Shown: positions 1 to 10,487, numbered from the whole stretch's first letter. The stretch is 62,313 nt of DNA, filler included, from 9 parts of 9 records of this genome joined end to end with filler, not necessarily neighbours in it, one strand, 5' to 3'. Translations and numbers: made by a program. Notes: generated from the sequence alone by a model not told the origin.

Positions 1-1422
1 AAGGAACACGTCAAACCCTATACCCTGTCGTGGGCGGAAAAAATAACAGGGGTGCCGGCAAGACAGATCCAAGAGGTCGCCCGTACCTACGCAACGACAC
101 GAAGGGCCGCCATCGATCTGGGAAACGGGGTGGAACATACACCTTCATCCAACGACGCCATACGGGCCGTGGCGATTCTCATGGCCATCACCGGTCACCT
201 GGACCGGCCCGGTACAAATCTGTTTTCCATGCCGCCTAAAAAATGCCCCAAACCGATCTCGTTGAAAGAGCGGATCACCCAAAAAATGGTCAACAGTCTG
301 GTGGGGCCTGAATTCCCCAAGGCCTTCCAACCGTTTATCGAAGGGACCTCCTCGGCCTACTACAGAATTTTAGAAAGCGTGCTCACGGGCAATCCTTACC
401 CGGTAAGGAGCGTTATTGCACCCGGGACCCAGGCGTTGGTCAGTACCAGGGGGTCGAAGAGAGTGGCCGCAGCTCTTGAACAGCTGGATTTTTTCGTAGT
501 CGCCGATGTGGCACGGACCGCTGACATGCCCTACGCGGATATCGTTCTTCCCCTGGCTACCAGTTACGAGGTCGGCCATCCTTTCCAGTCCGTACCGGGA
601 TGGCTGATGGCCACCAACCCTGTAATTGAGCCGGTTCATTCGCACAAGTCCATCTTCGATTTCTTTTTCGATCTGGCTGTGGCCATGGGGTACGGAGATG
701 ATTTTTGGGGCGGCAGCATCGAAAAAGCCATGGATGACCAGCTGGAACCGTTGGGTTTAACCATGGAAACACTTCGATCAGAAATGACCGGCGTGGAAGT
801 TTCATCGAATCCGATGGAATACGAGAAGTACGATACCGTTTTTAACCGTCCAAGCCCGCGCCTGCAAGGTGAACCATTTCTGCCCAAAGGAAAAGTTGAA
901 ATCTATAACACGAGCTTTGAAAAAGAGGGGTTCAACCCGCTGCCGGAATGGAGAGAACCGCCGGAAAGCATCACCGGGACGCCGGATCTTTTGGCTCACT
1001 ATCCCTTGATCTTGTCGGATTACCATACGTCAAAAAATTTCTCGGCCTCCTGGCAGCGCAACGTGCCACGGCTTCGGGAAATTCAGCGTCATCCGATGCT
1101 GCACATCCATCCGCAAACCGCCGCTGAACGGGGTATTGCAGACGGGGATTGGGTGAGGGTAACGTCTCCCCATGGCTGGCTCAGGGTCAAGGCGCAATCC
1201 TATCCGGGTATCCGGCCGGACACGGTGATGTTGCTGCATGGCTGGTGGCAGGGCTGCAAGGAGCTGGGGATCGAGGATTACCGGGTGCTCGATGGCGGTG
1301 CCAACGTGAATATCATGTACAGTGTGGATTCGGAAAAGGCCTATGACCCGTTGATTACGGCAATGGCCAGCCAGACGCTGGTTCAGGTGACGAAGGCGGT
1401 GGAAGAGGAGGATGCCCCATGA
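1..1422 (+). CDS. Molybdopterin (Mo/W-bisPGD) oxidoreductase catalytic subunit, acetylene-hydratase-like clade; 5'-partial
   Basis: Frame is open from base 1 (KEHVKPYTLSWAEKITGVPA). Motifs GHLDRPG, YADIVLP, GKVEIY and a C-terminal dinucleotide-binding domain (IHPQTAAERGIADGDWVRVTSPHG...HGWW). Confidence 0.9.
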   Translation, partial: KEHVKPYTLSWAEKITGVPARQIQEVARTYATTRRAAIDLGNGVEHTPSSNDAIRAVAILMAITGHLDRPGTNLFSMPPKKCPKPISLKERITQKMVNSLVGPEFPKAFQPFIEGTSSAYYRILESVLTGNPYPVRSVIAPGTQALVSTRGSKRVAAALEQLDFFVVADVARTADMPYADIVLPLATSYEVGHPFQSVPGWLMATNPVIEPVHSHKSIFDFFFDLAVAMGYGDDFWGGSIEKAMDDQLEPLGLTMETLRSEMTGVEVSSNPMEYEKYDTVFNRPSPRLQGEPFLPKGKVEIYNTSFEKEGFNPLPEWREPPESITGTPDLLAHYPLILSDYHTSKNFSASWQRNVPRLREIQRHPMLHIHPQTAAERGIADGDWVRVTSPHGWLRVKAQSYPGIRPDTVMLLHGWWQGCKELGIEDYRVLDGGANVNIMYSVDSEKAYDPLITAMASQTLVQVTKAVEEEDAP

Positions 1423-1919
1423 GTCTGGAATCGATGATTTGGTTCGATCATGAAAAATGCACGCAGTGCCATGGATGTGAGGTCGCCTGCCGTTCCTGGA
1501 GGGGACTGGCGGTTGGTGTCTCCTTCAGAAGAGTCCTTACCGTTTGGCAAGGTGTCTTCCCAGCGGTGATAAATCAATCCGTCGCCATTGGGTGCCTGCA
1601 TTGTGTGGCTCCTGCCTGCATGGACGTCTGTCCTGTAGAAGCCATTTTCAAAGGGGGGGGCGCGGGTTTGGTAACGGTGGATTCGAAGCTTTGCATCGGC
1701 TGCAAGGAATGCTTTAATGCCTGCCTCTATGGGGTGCCACAATTTTGCCCAGACGGCGGTATGCAAAAATGCGATTTGTGTGTAGATCAAGTGGGGCGTC
1801 TCCTTGATCCGCCTTGTGTGGAAACCTGCCCCGGAGACGCGTTGTCGCTTAGAACGGTTGAACCCGGTGAAAAGGAGGAACAGCAACTGTACCTTCTTAA
1901 AAAAATGGGGAAGGAATAG
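1419..1919 (+). CDS. 4Fe-4S dicluster electron-transfer subunit (DmsB-like)
   Basis: CTQCHGCEVAC, CLHCVAPACMDVCP, CIGCKECFNAC, KCDLC...CVETCP; ATGA overlap with the upstream gene. Confidence 0.9.
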   Translation: MSLESMIWFDHEKCTQCHGCEVACRSWRGLAVGVSFRRVLTVWQGVFPAVINQSVAIGCLHCVAPACMDVCPVEAIFKGGGAGLVTVDSKLCIGCKECFNACLYGVPQFCPDGGMQKCDLCVDQVGRLLDPPCVETCPGDALSLRTVEPGEKEEQQLYLLKKMGKE

Positions 1920-1921
1920 AA

Positions 1922-2524
1922 ATGAAAACTTCAGTGATAACGGATCATCCTGTACACGACTTTGTCAGTAAACGGTGGAGCCCTTACGCATTTTCCCAAA
2001 AACCGGTGCGTAAAGCCGATCTTCTCTCTCTATTTGAAGCGGCGCGCTGGGCGCCGTCCGCACACAACGAACAGCCCCGGTATTATATTGTGGCAACACA
2101 AGGGGAACCGGAAGAATTTGAAAAATTGCTCTCTTGTTTGGTGGAACCGAATCAGGCCTGGGCTAAATTTGTTCCCGTACTTGCTTTGGGCGTGACGAAA
2201 CTCAACTATTCCTACAACGATCAGCCCAACCGTGCTGCCTTTCACGACCTTGGTCTTGCCGCCGGAAACCTGCTGCTTGAGGCGACTGCCAGGGGACTGC
2301 ACGTCCATCAGATGATTGGTGTCTTTCCGGACAAGGCCCGTGAGCTGTACGAGATTCCTGCAGGGTACGAGGTGGTTACCGCTATCGCCATCGGTTATGC
2401 CGGCACTTCGGACGACCTGACCGACGCCCTGAAAAAGCGGGATGCCGAACGAAAGCCCAGAAAACCGTTGCGTGATTTTGTTTTCAGCGGAAAATGGAAC
2501 CAATCGGCATCCATCGTAAAATAA
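1922..2524 (+). CDS. Nitroreductase family flavoprotein
   Basis: RWSPYAFS, EAARWAPSAHNEQP, LEATARGLHVHQM, AIAIGY, RKPL. Confidence 0.9.
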   Translation: MKTSVITDHPVHDFVSKRWSPYAFSQKPVRKADLLSLFEAARWAPSAHNEQPRYYIVATQGEPEEFEKLLSCLVEPNQAWAKFVPVLALGVTKLNYSYNDQPNRAAFHDLGLAAGNLLLEATARGLHVHQMIGVFPDKARELYEIPAGYEVVTAIAIGYAGTSDDLTDALKKRDAERKPRKPLRDFVFSGKWNQSASIVK

Positions 2525-2607
2525 AGCTGAAGCAAGCAAAGTTCGAACCTGCAAAATTGGAAAACGTTTCCACCGGGCCGGCGCCACTTCACCGTATCGT
2601 TTGCGGG

Positions 2608-4140
2608 TTAATAGCGGTACTTGCGTCCGTAAGGGATTCCTAACTTCTGCATCCGTTTTCGCAGCGTGTTGGGGTTGATTCGCAAGATTTCGGCAGCGCC
2701 ACCCGGGCCGTTCACCTTTCCGTTGCTCATTTTCAGCACCCTTTCAATATGGGTGCGCATGACATCGTTCAGGGGCAGCTCTACAGGCGTTTTTTGCAGG
2801 GATAAGGCCGGTGGCTGATTCGGCTCTTTTTCCAAGACCGGGTTGAAATGCAAAGGTCCGTGGCGATGCTGGATCAACACGTTCTCCACGATATTTTCCA
2901 ACTCGCGGACATTGCCCGGCCAATTGTGCCGAGCCAAACGCTTCATTGCCCCCGGAGCCACCTTGGGCGGTGCAATTCCGAACTCCTTGGCCTTTTTCTT
3001 GAGAAAATGGGTGGCGAGCAGTTCGATGTCTTCGGGGCGCTGGCGCAAAGGAGGGACGTGTATGGGAAAAGCGTTGATTCTGAACCATAAATCTTCCCGA
3101 AAGGTTCCTTTGTTTACCATCTCTTTTAAGTTGCGATGCGTGGCCGTGATGACGCGGATGTCCAGCTTTATGGGCAGGGAACCTCCCACCCGCTCGATCT
3201 CTTGGGTTTGCAGAACGCGCAAAAGTCGGATTTGCGCCCATGGCGGCAGTTCTCCGATTTCGTCGAGAAAGATGGTGCCTTTGTTGGCCCTTTCAAACAG
3301 ACCTCGTTTTTTTTTCACTGCACCGGTAAAGGCCCCCTTCTCGTGTCCGAACAGTTCGCTGTCGATCAGGTTTTCGGGTATGGCGCCACAATTCACCTTG
3401 ATGAGTGGTTCGTCACGCCGGGGGGAATAACGGTGAATGGCATTGGCGATGACCTCTTTGCCGACCCCGGTCTCACCAAGGATCAAAATGGTATTTTTCA
3501 GGTGGGCGATTTGTCTCACTTTTTCCATGACCCGTTTGAGCCCGGCTTCCCCACCGATGACATCGTCTCCGGTCCTTGATCTCAGGGCACTGTTCAAATA
3601 GCGATTGTCCGAAACCAGCTGCTCTTTCAGCTCAACCACTTCCTGGTGCTTCAAGGCATTGGCCATGGCGATGGCAAAGGGCTCGCGCAGCAGGGAGAGG
3701 ACTTGTGCGTGCTCTTCCGTGAATCGATCGAAGCCGCGGGCAAAGATGTCGATAACACCGAGGCGCTGCCCCTCAATGACCAACCGCAGCGCGATAAAGG
3801 AAAATTCCGACAACCCGAGTGCGGATTGGATGACCGGGCCGAGGGGATCCGCATCCGGTCGGTTGGCCACCAAATAGTTTGTTAACCGCTGGCCGCTTTC
3901 AATGGCGTGGATCAATTTTTCAGGAAGCCGGATGGACAGGTCCATCTTCTCACCGCCTTCTGCATTTGCTTTGGCGATATAGCGAAGTCCACCGATACTG
4001 GGCTCAAAGATGTTCAAAGTGATTTCATCTGCCGGTATGTGTTGTGCGATAAATTGCCTGGACCGCCAAAGAGCAACCTCGATGTCCAGGCTGCTGCAGA
4101 TGAGAAGGGTTGCGTGTTTAAAAAATCGATTGTTATCCAT
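2608..4140 (-). CDS. Sigma54-dependent activator (GAF + AAA+ + Fis HTH; FhlA-like)
   Basis: GETGVGKE Walker A, ELFGHEKGAFTGA, FLDEIGE, WPGNVREL, C-terminal AAEILRINPNTLRKRMQKLGI. Confidence 0.95.
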   Translation of the reverse strand: MDNNRFFKHATLLICSSLDIEVALWRSRQFIAQHIPADEITLNIFEPSIGGLRYIAKANAEGGEKMDLSIRLPEKLIHAIESGQRLTNYLVANRPDADPLGPVIQSALGLSEFSFIALRLVIEGQRLGVIDIFARGFDRFTEEHAQVLSLLREPFAIAMANALKHQEVVELKEQLVSDNRYLNSALRSRTGDDVIGGEAGLKRVMEKVRQIAHLKNTILILGETGVGKEVIANAIHRYSPRRDEPLIKVNCGAIPENLIDSELFGHEKGAFTGAVKKKRGLFERANKGTIFLDEIGELPPWAQIRLLRVLQTQEIERVGGSLPIKLDIRVITATHRNLKEMVNKGTFREDLWFRINAFPIHVPPLRQRPEDIELLATHFLKKKAKEFGIAPPKVAPGAMKRLARHNWPGNVRELENIVENVLIQHRHGPLHFNPVLEKEPNQPPALSLQKTPVELPLNDVMRTHIERVLKMSNGKVNGPGGAAEILRINPNTLRKRMQKLGIPYGRKYRY

Positions 4141-4280
4141 TGGGATATCCTCGTTCGTTTTCGATCTGTCCTATTGGGTAAAAATATGGAAAATTATCCT
4201 ATGGGAATAATTGTGGTTATGCTATTTGGTAAAAATATTCAAGCAGCACTGTACTTAACCGTGAAATCAGAAGGATTTAA

Positions 4281-4297
4281 TTGGTATAATGCTTGCT
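4281..4297 (+). promoter_or_regulatory. Sigma54 (-24/-12) promoter for the transhydroxylase-like operon
   Basis: TTGGTATAATGCTTGCT has the GG-N10-GC spacing and lies next to a divergent sigma54 activator. Confidence 0.7.
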
Positions 4298-4376
4298 GTG
4301 TGAATAGGGTATCGCGTATCCATTCGGGGAGTAAAAGGAGCCAATGCATTGAAACGCACTGAACGATAGGATCCCT

Positions 4377-7300
4377 ATGCTGATTGATTATATAACGATA
4401 AAGTCGCCGGGACTATCCGGTTGGATATTCCGAAAAATGCTGTTTGGTGTCTACGGACTCATGAAGGCCAAGCGGATATTGGTACCCTCTTTTAGACGCC
4501 GGTTGCAGGAGAAAAATTTTTCAGCGCAGATCAAGATTCGTGATAATTCCATTGGCCGTTCATTTGTTTTTGACAACGGAACGATCTCCTCTTCCGAAAC
4601 CGCTGAATCGACGGCTGACGTGGTCATGATCTTCAGGGATGCGGCCTCGGCAGTTCAACTGTTGAGCGCCCCCAGCAATTATCTGAAACAGATCAACGCC
4701 ATGAAAAATTTTGTGGTGGATATCGACGGCCCAGACGAATACGCCATCTGGTTCATGCAGACCCTGAAAATGCTGCAAGGGATCCGGTCCATTCCGGGTT
4801 ATGGGACCTCCATGGGGAAAAAGGTGATGCGCTATGTCAGTAACACCAATGGCGGCCCCGTATTTGTCTACGTCAAAGATGGAAAAATCATTCGCATCAC
4901 GCCCGTTGAATTCGACGATAAAGATGCCGATACATGGACCATCGAGGCCCGGGGGAAACGTTTCTCGCCACCGCGCAAAGGAACTGTAAATCCCTATGTG
5001 TTCGGGGTGAAGTCGCTGGTCTATTCCCCTGATCGTTTACTGTACCCAATGAAGCGGGTGGATTTTGACCCGGACGGCGAGCGAAATTGCCAAAACCGGG
5101 GCGTCTCCGGCTACGAGCGAATCACCTGGGACGAAGCGCTGAATATCGTGGCCGAGGAGATCAAACGGGTAAAACGGGTCCATGGTCCCGGGGCCATCAT
5201 GAACGGCAGCGGTTCCCATCACACCTGGGGAAATATCGGCTATTGGCTCTCCACCAAAACCCGGTTCATGAACTCCATCGGTTCCAGCCATGTGGTCCAC
5301 AATCCGGACAGTTGGGAAGGGTGGTACTGGGGCGCCATGCACCATTGGGGCAACAGCATGCGCAACGGTGCTTCGGATACCTACGGGACGGTGGAAGACT
5401 GCCTGAAAGAAGCGGAGATGATCGTTTTCTGGTCCAGCGATCCGGAATCCACAAGCGGCGTGTATGGCGCGTTCGAGGGGACTGTCCGAAGGCAGTGGGC
5501 CAAGGAACTGGGCATCCAGATGGTTCATATCGATCCCTATTTCAACCACACTGCAGCTCTTTTGGGTGGGAAATGGATCGCCCCGCGGCCTGATACAGGA
5601 AACGCCATGGCCCTTGCCATCGCCTATGTATGGATCACCGAAGACCTTTACGATAAAGATTATGTGGGGCGGCTTACCGTAGGGTTTGACAAATGGCGAG
5701 ACTACATTCTTGGCAACGTGGATGAAACGCCGAAAACCCCCGAATGGCAAGTGCCGGAAACCGGTGTCCCTGCAAAAGACGTCCGAGCGTTGGCCAGGCA
5801 ATGGGGGAAGAAAAAGACCTACCTCTCCCCTGGAGGACTCGTTGGATTCGGGGGGGCTTGCCGGTGTGCCACCGGTATTGAATGGGCTCGCTCCATGGTC
5901 TGTTTGATGGCCATGCAGGGGCTTGGAAAACCGGGTGTCAATTTGGGTTGTCTCCAGCAGGGAACGCCCCTGGACACCAATTTTTATTTTCCCGGCTATG
6001 CGGAGGGTGGACTGTCCGGAGACCTGGACTACACCGGCCTGCGCGTCAGTATGTACCAGCGCATGCCGCAACTGCCCACCATGAACTCGGTCTCCCAGAT
6101 GATTCCTCGCCTGCGGATTCCCGAAGCCATTTTGGATCAGGCCTGTGAAGGGTATCCCACCGATCCCAAGAGCATCGAAGGACAGTTCAAAAAGATCGTC
6201 TATCCGGCTGCGGGTCATTCACCGGTGAAAATGTATTACAAATACGGCGGGTCGCATTTTGGCACGATGGCCGATTCCAACCGCTATGCCCGTGCCTACC
6301 AAAGCGAGAACCTCGAATTTGTTGTCAACCAATCGATTTGGTTTGAAGGCGAGGCCAAGTTCGCTGATGTCATCTTGCCTGCCTGCACGAATTTCGAGCG
6401 ATGGGATATCGGTGAGACGGCCAATTCAGGGGGATACAGCCATCACCAGTTTCTTCAGTGGAACCACCGTGTGATTACCATGCAGCACAAGTGCATCGAA
6501 CCGCTGGGCGAATCAAAATCAGATTACCAGATCTTTCTGGAACTGGCAAATCGGCTGGGGCTGGGAGCGCCTTTTTCCGAGGGAATGACCGAGTTAGAGT
6601 GGTGCCGTCGTCTGTTCAACGCCAGTGATTTGCCGAAGGTCGTTTCCTGGCGACGTTTTCTGAAAAAAGGGTATTACGTCGTTCCGGCACCTCCTGAAGC
6701 GCTTCGGGCACCTGTCTCCTACCGTTGGTTTGCACAAGAGGAGAAAAAGGATGTTCCCGAAGTCTCACCTCTGCCTTCGGATTATACCGAGCAGTGGCGT
6801 AAAGGGATTCAAACCCAATCGGGAAAACTGGAGTTTGAATCCTCCAGCCTGAAGCGTTTTGCACCCGATGATCCGGAGCGTCCCCCGCTTCCGACCTATC
6901 GTCCGTCCTGGGAAGGTCGGGCAACGGAGGGGTTGGTTGAAAAATATCCACTGCAATTGATATCCCCCCATCCGCGTTACAGCTTTCACACCATGTTCGA
7001 CGCCAAGGACGGTGTGATAAACGATGTGAAAGATCATCGCATGCTGATCGGCGGCTATTACTACTGGATCATTCGCATCAATCGCGAAGACGCCAAAGCG
7101 AGGGGCATTTGTACTGGTGACCTGGTTCATGCCTTCAATAACCGGGGAGATGTAATACTGGCGGCCCAGGTGACCGATCGTCTACCGCCGGGTGTGGTTC
7201 ACGCCAGTGAAGGGGCTGCCACCTATGAGCCTGTCGGGGAGCCGGGAAAATCGCCGGACCGTGGAGGCTGCATCAATTTGTTGACACCCAGCCGGAATAT

Positions 7301-7385
7301 CATCAAACGGTCGCATTCAACAGCATCCAATTCTTGTCTTGTACAGGTCGAACGGTGGGTCGAGGAGACGGGAGAAAAGAAATGA
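4377..7385 (+). CDS. Pyrogallol-phloroglucinol transhydroxylase large-subunit-like Mo-bisPGD enzyme with a ~145-aa N-terminal extension
   Basis: [15 protein letters not shown], SHHxWGNxGY, [28 protein letters not shown] and [11 protein letters not shown] match AthL as I recall it. Exact start codon uncertain. Confidence 0.88.
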   Translation: MLIDYITIKSPGLSGWIFRKMLFGVYGLMKAKRILVPSFRRRLQEKNFSAQIKIRDNSIGRSFVFDNGTISSSETAESTADVVMIFRDAASAVQLLSAPSNYLKQINAMKNFVVDIDGPDEYAIWFMQTLKMLQGIRSIPGYGTSMGKKVMRYVSNTNGGPVFVYVKDGKIIRITPVEFDDKDADTWTIEARGKRFSPPRKGTVNPYVFGVKSLVYSPDRLLYPMKRVDFDPDGERNCQNRGVSGYERITWDEALNIVAEEIKRVKRVHGPGAIMNGSGSHHTWGNIGYWLSTKTRFMNSIGSSHVVHNPDSWEGWYWGAMHHWGNSMRNGASDTYGTVEDCLKEAEMIVFWSSDPESTSGVYGAFEGTVRRQWAKELGIQMVHIDPYFNHTAALLGGKWIAPRPDTGNAMALAIAYVWITEDLYDKDYVGRLTVGFDKWRDYILGNVDETPKTPEWQVPETGVPAKDVRALARQWGKKKTYLSPGGLVGFGGACRCATGIEWARSMVCLMAMQGLGKPGVNLGCLQQGTPLDTNFYFPGYAEGGLSGDLDYTGLRVSMYQRMPQLPTMNSVSQMIPRLRIPEAILDQACEGYPTDPKSIEGQFKKIVYPAAGHSPVKMYYKYGGSHFGTMADSNRYARAYQSENLEFVVNQSIWFEGEAKFADVILPACTNFERWDIGETANSGGYSHHQFLQWNHRVITMQHKCIEPLGESKSDYQIFLELANRLGLGAPFSEGMTELEWCRRLFNASDLPKVVSWRRFLKKGYYVVPAPPEALRAPVSYRWFAQEEKKDVPEVSPLPSDYTEQWRKGIQTQSGKLEFESSSLKRFAPDDPERPPLPTYRPSWEGRATEGLVEKYPLQLISPHPRYSFHTMFDAKDGVINDVKDHRMLIGGYYYWIIRINREDAKARGICTGDLVHAFNNRGDVILAAQVTDRLPPGVVHASEGAATYEPVGEPGKSPDRGGCINLLTPSRNIIKRSHSTASNSCLVQVERWVEETGEKK

Positions 7386-7788
7386 AAAAATGGCATTTCA
7401 TTATCGATGTGGCCAAGTGTGAGAACTGCAACAACTGCTTTTTGGCCTGTAAAGACGAGCACTGCGGCAATGACTGGCCCGGATACGCCGCTTCACAACC
7501 GTTGCACGGTCACCGCTGGATGAACATTCTGCGGAAAGAGCGAGGCGCCTTTCCCCTTATCGATGTGGCCTATTTGCCCAAACCGTGCATGCATTGCGAC
7601 AATGCTCCTTGCATCAAGGCTGCGAAAAAGAGTGCTGTCTACAAAAGGGACGACGGTCTTGTCCTTATCGACCCCAAAAAAGCTGTGGGTCAGAAACAGT
7701 TGGTGGATGCTTGTCCATACGGTGCGATCTGGTGGAACAAAGAGATGAATTTGCCTCAAAAATGCACGGGGTGTGCCCACCTGCTGGA
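7382..7788 (+). CDS. Transhydroxylase small Fe-S subunit-like (BthL-like); 3'-partial
   Basis: [20 protein letters not shown]...WPGY...GHRWMNI...[14 protein letters not shown] overlap with the large subunit. Confidence 0.88.
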
Positions 7789-7888
7789 NNNNNNNNNNNN
7801 NNNNNNNNNNNNNNNNNNNNNNNNNNNNNNNNTTAATTAATTAANNNNNNNNNNNNNNNNNNNNNNNNNNNNNNNNNNNNNNNNNNNN
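7789..7888. other. Artificial contig linker
   Basis: 44 N + TTAATTAATTAA (stops in all six frames) + 44 N. Confidence 0.99.
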
Positions 7889-7915
7889 GCTGAAATAAGT
7901 CACTAATACTTTCAT
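7889..7915 (-). CDS. N-terminus of a flavodoxin-like protein; truncated by the contig end
   Basis: MKVLVTYFS resembles the flavodoxin start before the S-x-T-G-N-T loop. Only 9 codons are visible. Confidence 0.45.
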
Positions 7916-8147
7916 GATCTGCTCTCTTTTTAATTGATTCATATAATATGGGAGTTTTATGAAGGCGTCTGTAGCACCGGCTACATTGTTGTATAATAAT
8001 TCCTTGCAGGCCAGCTGCCTACCTATTTGAACGGCCCTTTTGTCAGGCGGGGCAACTGACGGTTATGCCCGTCTTCAAAAAGAAGAACCTCTCCATCCGA
8101 TGCAAGGAAGCCCCCCGGAAAAGAATGTGGGAAAATCACCAAACGGA

Positions 8148-8262
8148 TGTAAAAAAAGACTATTTTTACCCAGTTTTACATTTTTACCATCATAAATAGG
8201 AACTTTATTACCCAAATATCATTAAAATAAAGCACATTTAAACCGATGGCCCACATCTTGCT
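8148..8262 (+). promoter_or_regulatory. PEP-CTERM-type enhancer plus sigma54 promoter
   Basis: TGTAAA (8148-8153) ... TTTACA (8175-8180), then TGGCCCACATCTTGCT (8247-8262, GG-N10-GC). Confidence 0.7.
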
Positions 8263-8315
8263 GTCAGTAGGTACCGGGTAGTAAAAATTCTTCGTATTTT
8301 TTAGAGAGGATTGAT

Positions 8316-8981
8316 ATGAAAAAGATACTTAAAGCAAGTTTGGTGTCAGGAGCGGTAGTGTTCTTATGGGTGATCAATGCCTGGTCTTTGCCAATGGTTG
8401 GGGATACGGTCCAAATGCATACCAACTGGGGTGATAATTATGGAATGAAAATCCTGGACAGTTCTAAGCCCATGACTATCGATGATGTTTATAATACCTT
8501 TTGTGTCGAAAAAAGCGAAACCTTTAACAATAACGGAATATATACGGTAGAATCCGTAGGAATGGTTGCGACCTTAGGAGGCACCAATTACGGCACATCC
8601 GGAGTAGACCCCCTTACCGGAAAATTGGGTGATCCCATCTCAGAAGAAAGCAGATGGCTGTATGCTTCCTTTTTCGATGGAGTCTTTGATGGTATTGCTT
8701 CCGGTCAAACGCTTGTAAATAAAGTCCAGAACGCTATTTGGTTCTCAGAAGATGAAATTTCCAACTCAAGCGATTATTCTACGCTTATCGGCTTGGCTGG
8801 CGGAGACTTCACCGTGACGGGCTGGGACATTAAAGTTGTTAATATTGTAAACACAGGTAATCATAGGGATAGACAAAGCCAACTTGTTGGTACGCCGGTT
8901 CCCGAGCCTGCTGCGTTTGTCCTTTTCGGCGTTGGTCTTATCGGTCTTGCCGGTTTTGGAAGAAAAAAAATAATAAAATAA
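8316..8981 (+). CDS. PEP-CTERM sorting-domain surface protein
   Basis: Signal peptide, TFCVE motif, C-terminal VPEPAAFVLFGVGLIGLAGFGRKK (PEP + TM + basic tail). Confidence 0.95.
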   Translation: MKKILKASLVSGAVVFLWVINAWSLPMVGDTVQMHTNWGDNYGMKILDSSKPMTIDDVYNTFCVEKSETFNNNGIYTVESVGMVATLGGTNYGTSGVDPLTGKLGDPISEESRWLYASFFDGVFDGIASGQTLVNKVQNAIWFSEDEISNSSDYSTLIGLAGGDFTVTGWDIKVVNIVNTGNHRDRQSQLVGTPVPEPAAFVLFGVGLIGLAGFGRKKIIK

Positions 8982-9002
8982 TCTATTGCACTTGATTCGC
9001 CT

Positions 9003-9039
9003 AAACCACAGAGTCCTGAACGGACTCTGTGGTTTTTTT
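9003..9039 (+). terminator. Rho-independent terminator
   Basis: AAACCACAGAGTCC-TGAAC-GGACTCTGTGGTTT followed by a T tract. Confidence 0.85.
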
Positions 9040-9046
9040 GAATATC

Positions 9047-9228
9047 CATGGCGACTTCGCCCCCCTTTATCCGCATAAACCCCGCCAAAGCAGCCCAATG
9101 CCGTCATGGTGTCACGAAGTTTTTCAGGGGCCAAGGAGCTGCTGATACGATTTAATGAAGGTTTGCGGATCATCAGGCAAAATGGGAAATATGACCGCAT
9201 CATTGAGCAACATCACATGACAAAGTAA
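9047..9228 (+). pseudogene. C-terminal remnant of a family-3 periplasmic substrate-binding protein
   Basis: PNAVMVSRSFSGAKELLIRFNEGLRIIRQNGKYDRIIEQH* resembles the SBP_bac_3 C-terminal helix; no matching N-terminus. Confidence 0.55.
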
Positions 9229-9331
9229 CCCAGCCGGCCACAGACACCACCTGCCGTACCTGTGGCAGCCGGGCACACATTTCGATTCTTTGGATACGTC
9301 TCCATATTGAGATTGACGAAAAAGATAGCTC

Positions 9332-10474
9332 TTATCCTGCCGCCTGCCTGTCCATTCTCCCCGATTCCCAGTACATGGACCGTTGGATGGCCAGGACCAG
9401 CCGTTCCATGTCCGGTGCGTGGATATCACCGATATTGCCGATGCGGAAGGTGTCAAGCTCCGTCACCTTGCCAGGATAAATGACGAACCCCTGTTCCTTG
9501 AGCAGGGCGTAAAACTTCTCAAACCGGTAGTCCGGGTGATCCGGGCTGAAAAAAGCCGTGATCACCGGGGAGCGGTGCCCGGCTTCCAGGAGGGGCGTAA
9601 ATCCCATCCGCTCCATGTGGCGGATCAAAATCCCGTTGTTTGTCATGTACCGTTCCCATCGCTTGAGGATGCCGCCCTCCGCTTCCAGCTCCTCCAGGGC
9701 CCTGGCAAAGGCCCGGACCACATGGGTGGGCGAGGTGAACCGCCACTTGCCGTCGCCCTCCTCCATGGTTATCCACTGGTCGTATAAGTCCAGGCTGAGG
9801 GAGCGGGCATGGCCACGGGTTTTCCCGAGCGCTGCGGACCTGGCGATCACGAACCCGACCCCCGGCACCCCCTGGATGCATTTGTTGGCGCTGGAGATCA
9901 GGTAATCCGCCCGGATTTCGGCCATGTCAATGGGGAACCCGCCAAAGCTGCTCATGGCATCCACTATATAGATGCGGCCGTGGCGGCCCACCACCTCCCC
10001 GATCTGCCCCACCGGGTTCAGCATGCCGGTGGTGGTTTCACAATGGACCACGGCCACATGGGTGATGGCCGAATCGGCCGCCAGGGTCCGGTCCAGGAGA
10101 TCCAGGTCCGGGGGGGCGGTATCCCCGCTGTCCTGGACCTGGTGGACAATCCCGCCGTATTCGGCGATCTTTGCCATGCGACGGCCATAGGCCCCGTTGG
10201 CCAGGACCAGAAGTTTCCCGTCCCCGGGCACGGCCGTGGTGATTGCCGCCTCCACGCTGAAGGTGCCGCTGCCCTGCATCGGGACACAGGTGTATCCGGG
10301 CCGGTCCGTTGCAAGCCCCACCAGGCGGCGCCGGATATCCTGGACCATCGCGTTATAGTCATCATCCCAGGTGCACCAGTCCCGGAGCATGGCGCCCTTC
10401 ACGGACGGAGTCGTGGTGAGGGGGCCGGGGGTGAGCAGAAGATAGGGATTTTCCGGAAGCGTTGTCATATCCAT
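9332..10474 (-). CDS. phnW: 2-aminoethylphosphonate--pyruvate transaminase
   Basis: YLLLTPGPLTT, RDWCTWD, QGSGT, HCETTTG, DAMSSFGG, SSANKCIQGVPG, KWRFTSPTH, IYPGK. Confidence 0.96.
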   Translation of the reverse strand: MDMTTLPENPYLLLTPGPLTTTPSVKGAMLRDWCTWDDDYNAMVQDIRRRLVGLATDRPGYTCVPMQGSGTFSVEAAITTAVPGDGKLLVLANGAYGRRMAKIAEYGGIVHQVQDSGDTAPPDLDLLDRTLAADSAITHVAVVHCETTTGMLNPVGQIGEVVGRHGRIYIVDAMSSFGGFPIDMAEIRADYLISSANKCIQGVPGVGFVIARSAALGKTRGHARSLSLDLYDQWITMEEGDGKWRFTSPTHVVRAFARALEELEAEGGILKRWERYMTNNGILIRHMERMGFTPLLEAGHRSPVITAFFSPDHPDYRFEKFYALLKEQGFVIYPGKVTELDTFRIGNIGDIHAPDMERLVLAIQRSMYWESGRMDRQAAG

Positions 10475-10487
10475 TTTATTCTTTCCT

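Noticed and set aside
7833-7844. TTAATTAATTAA recurring eight times as a possible repeat or att site
   Set aside because: Synthetic six-frame stop linker embedded in N runs.
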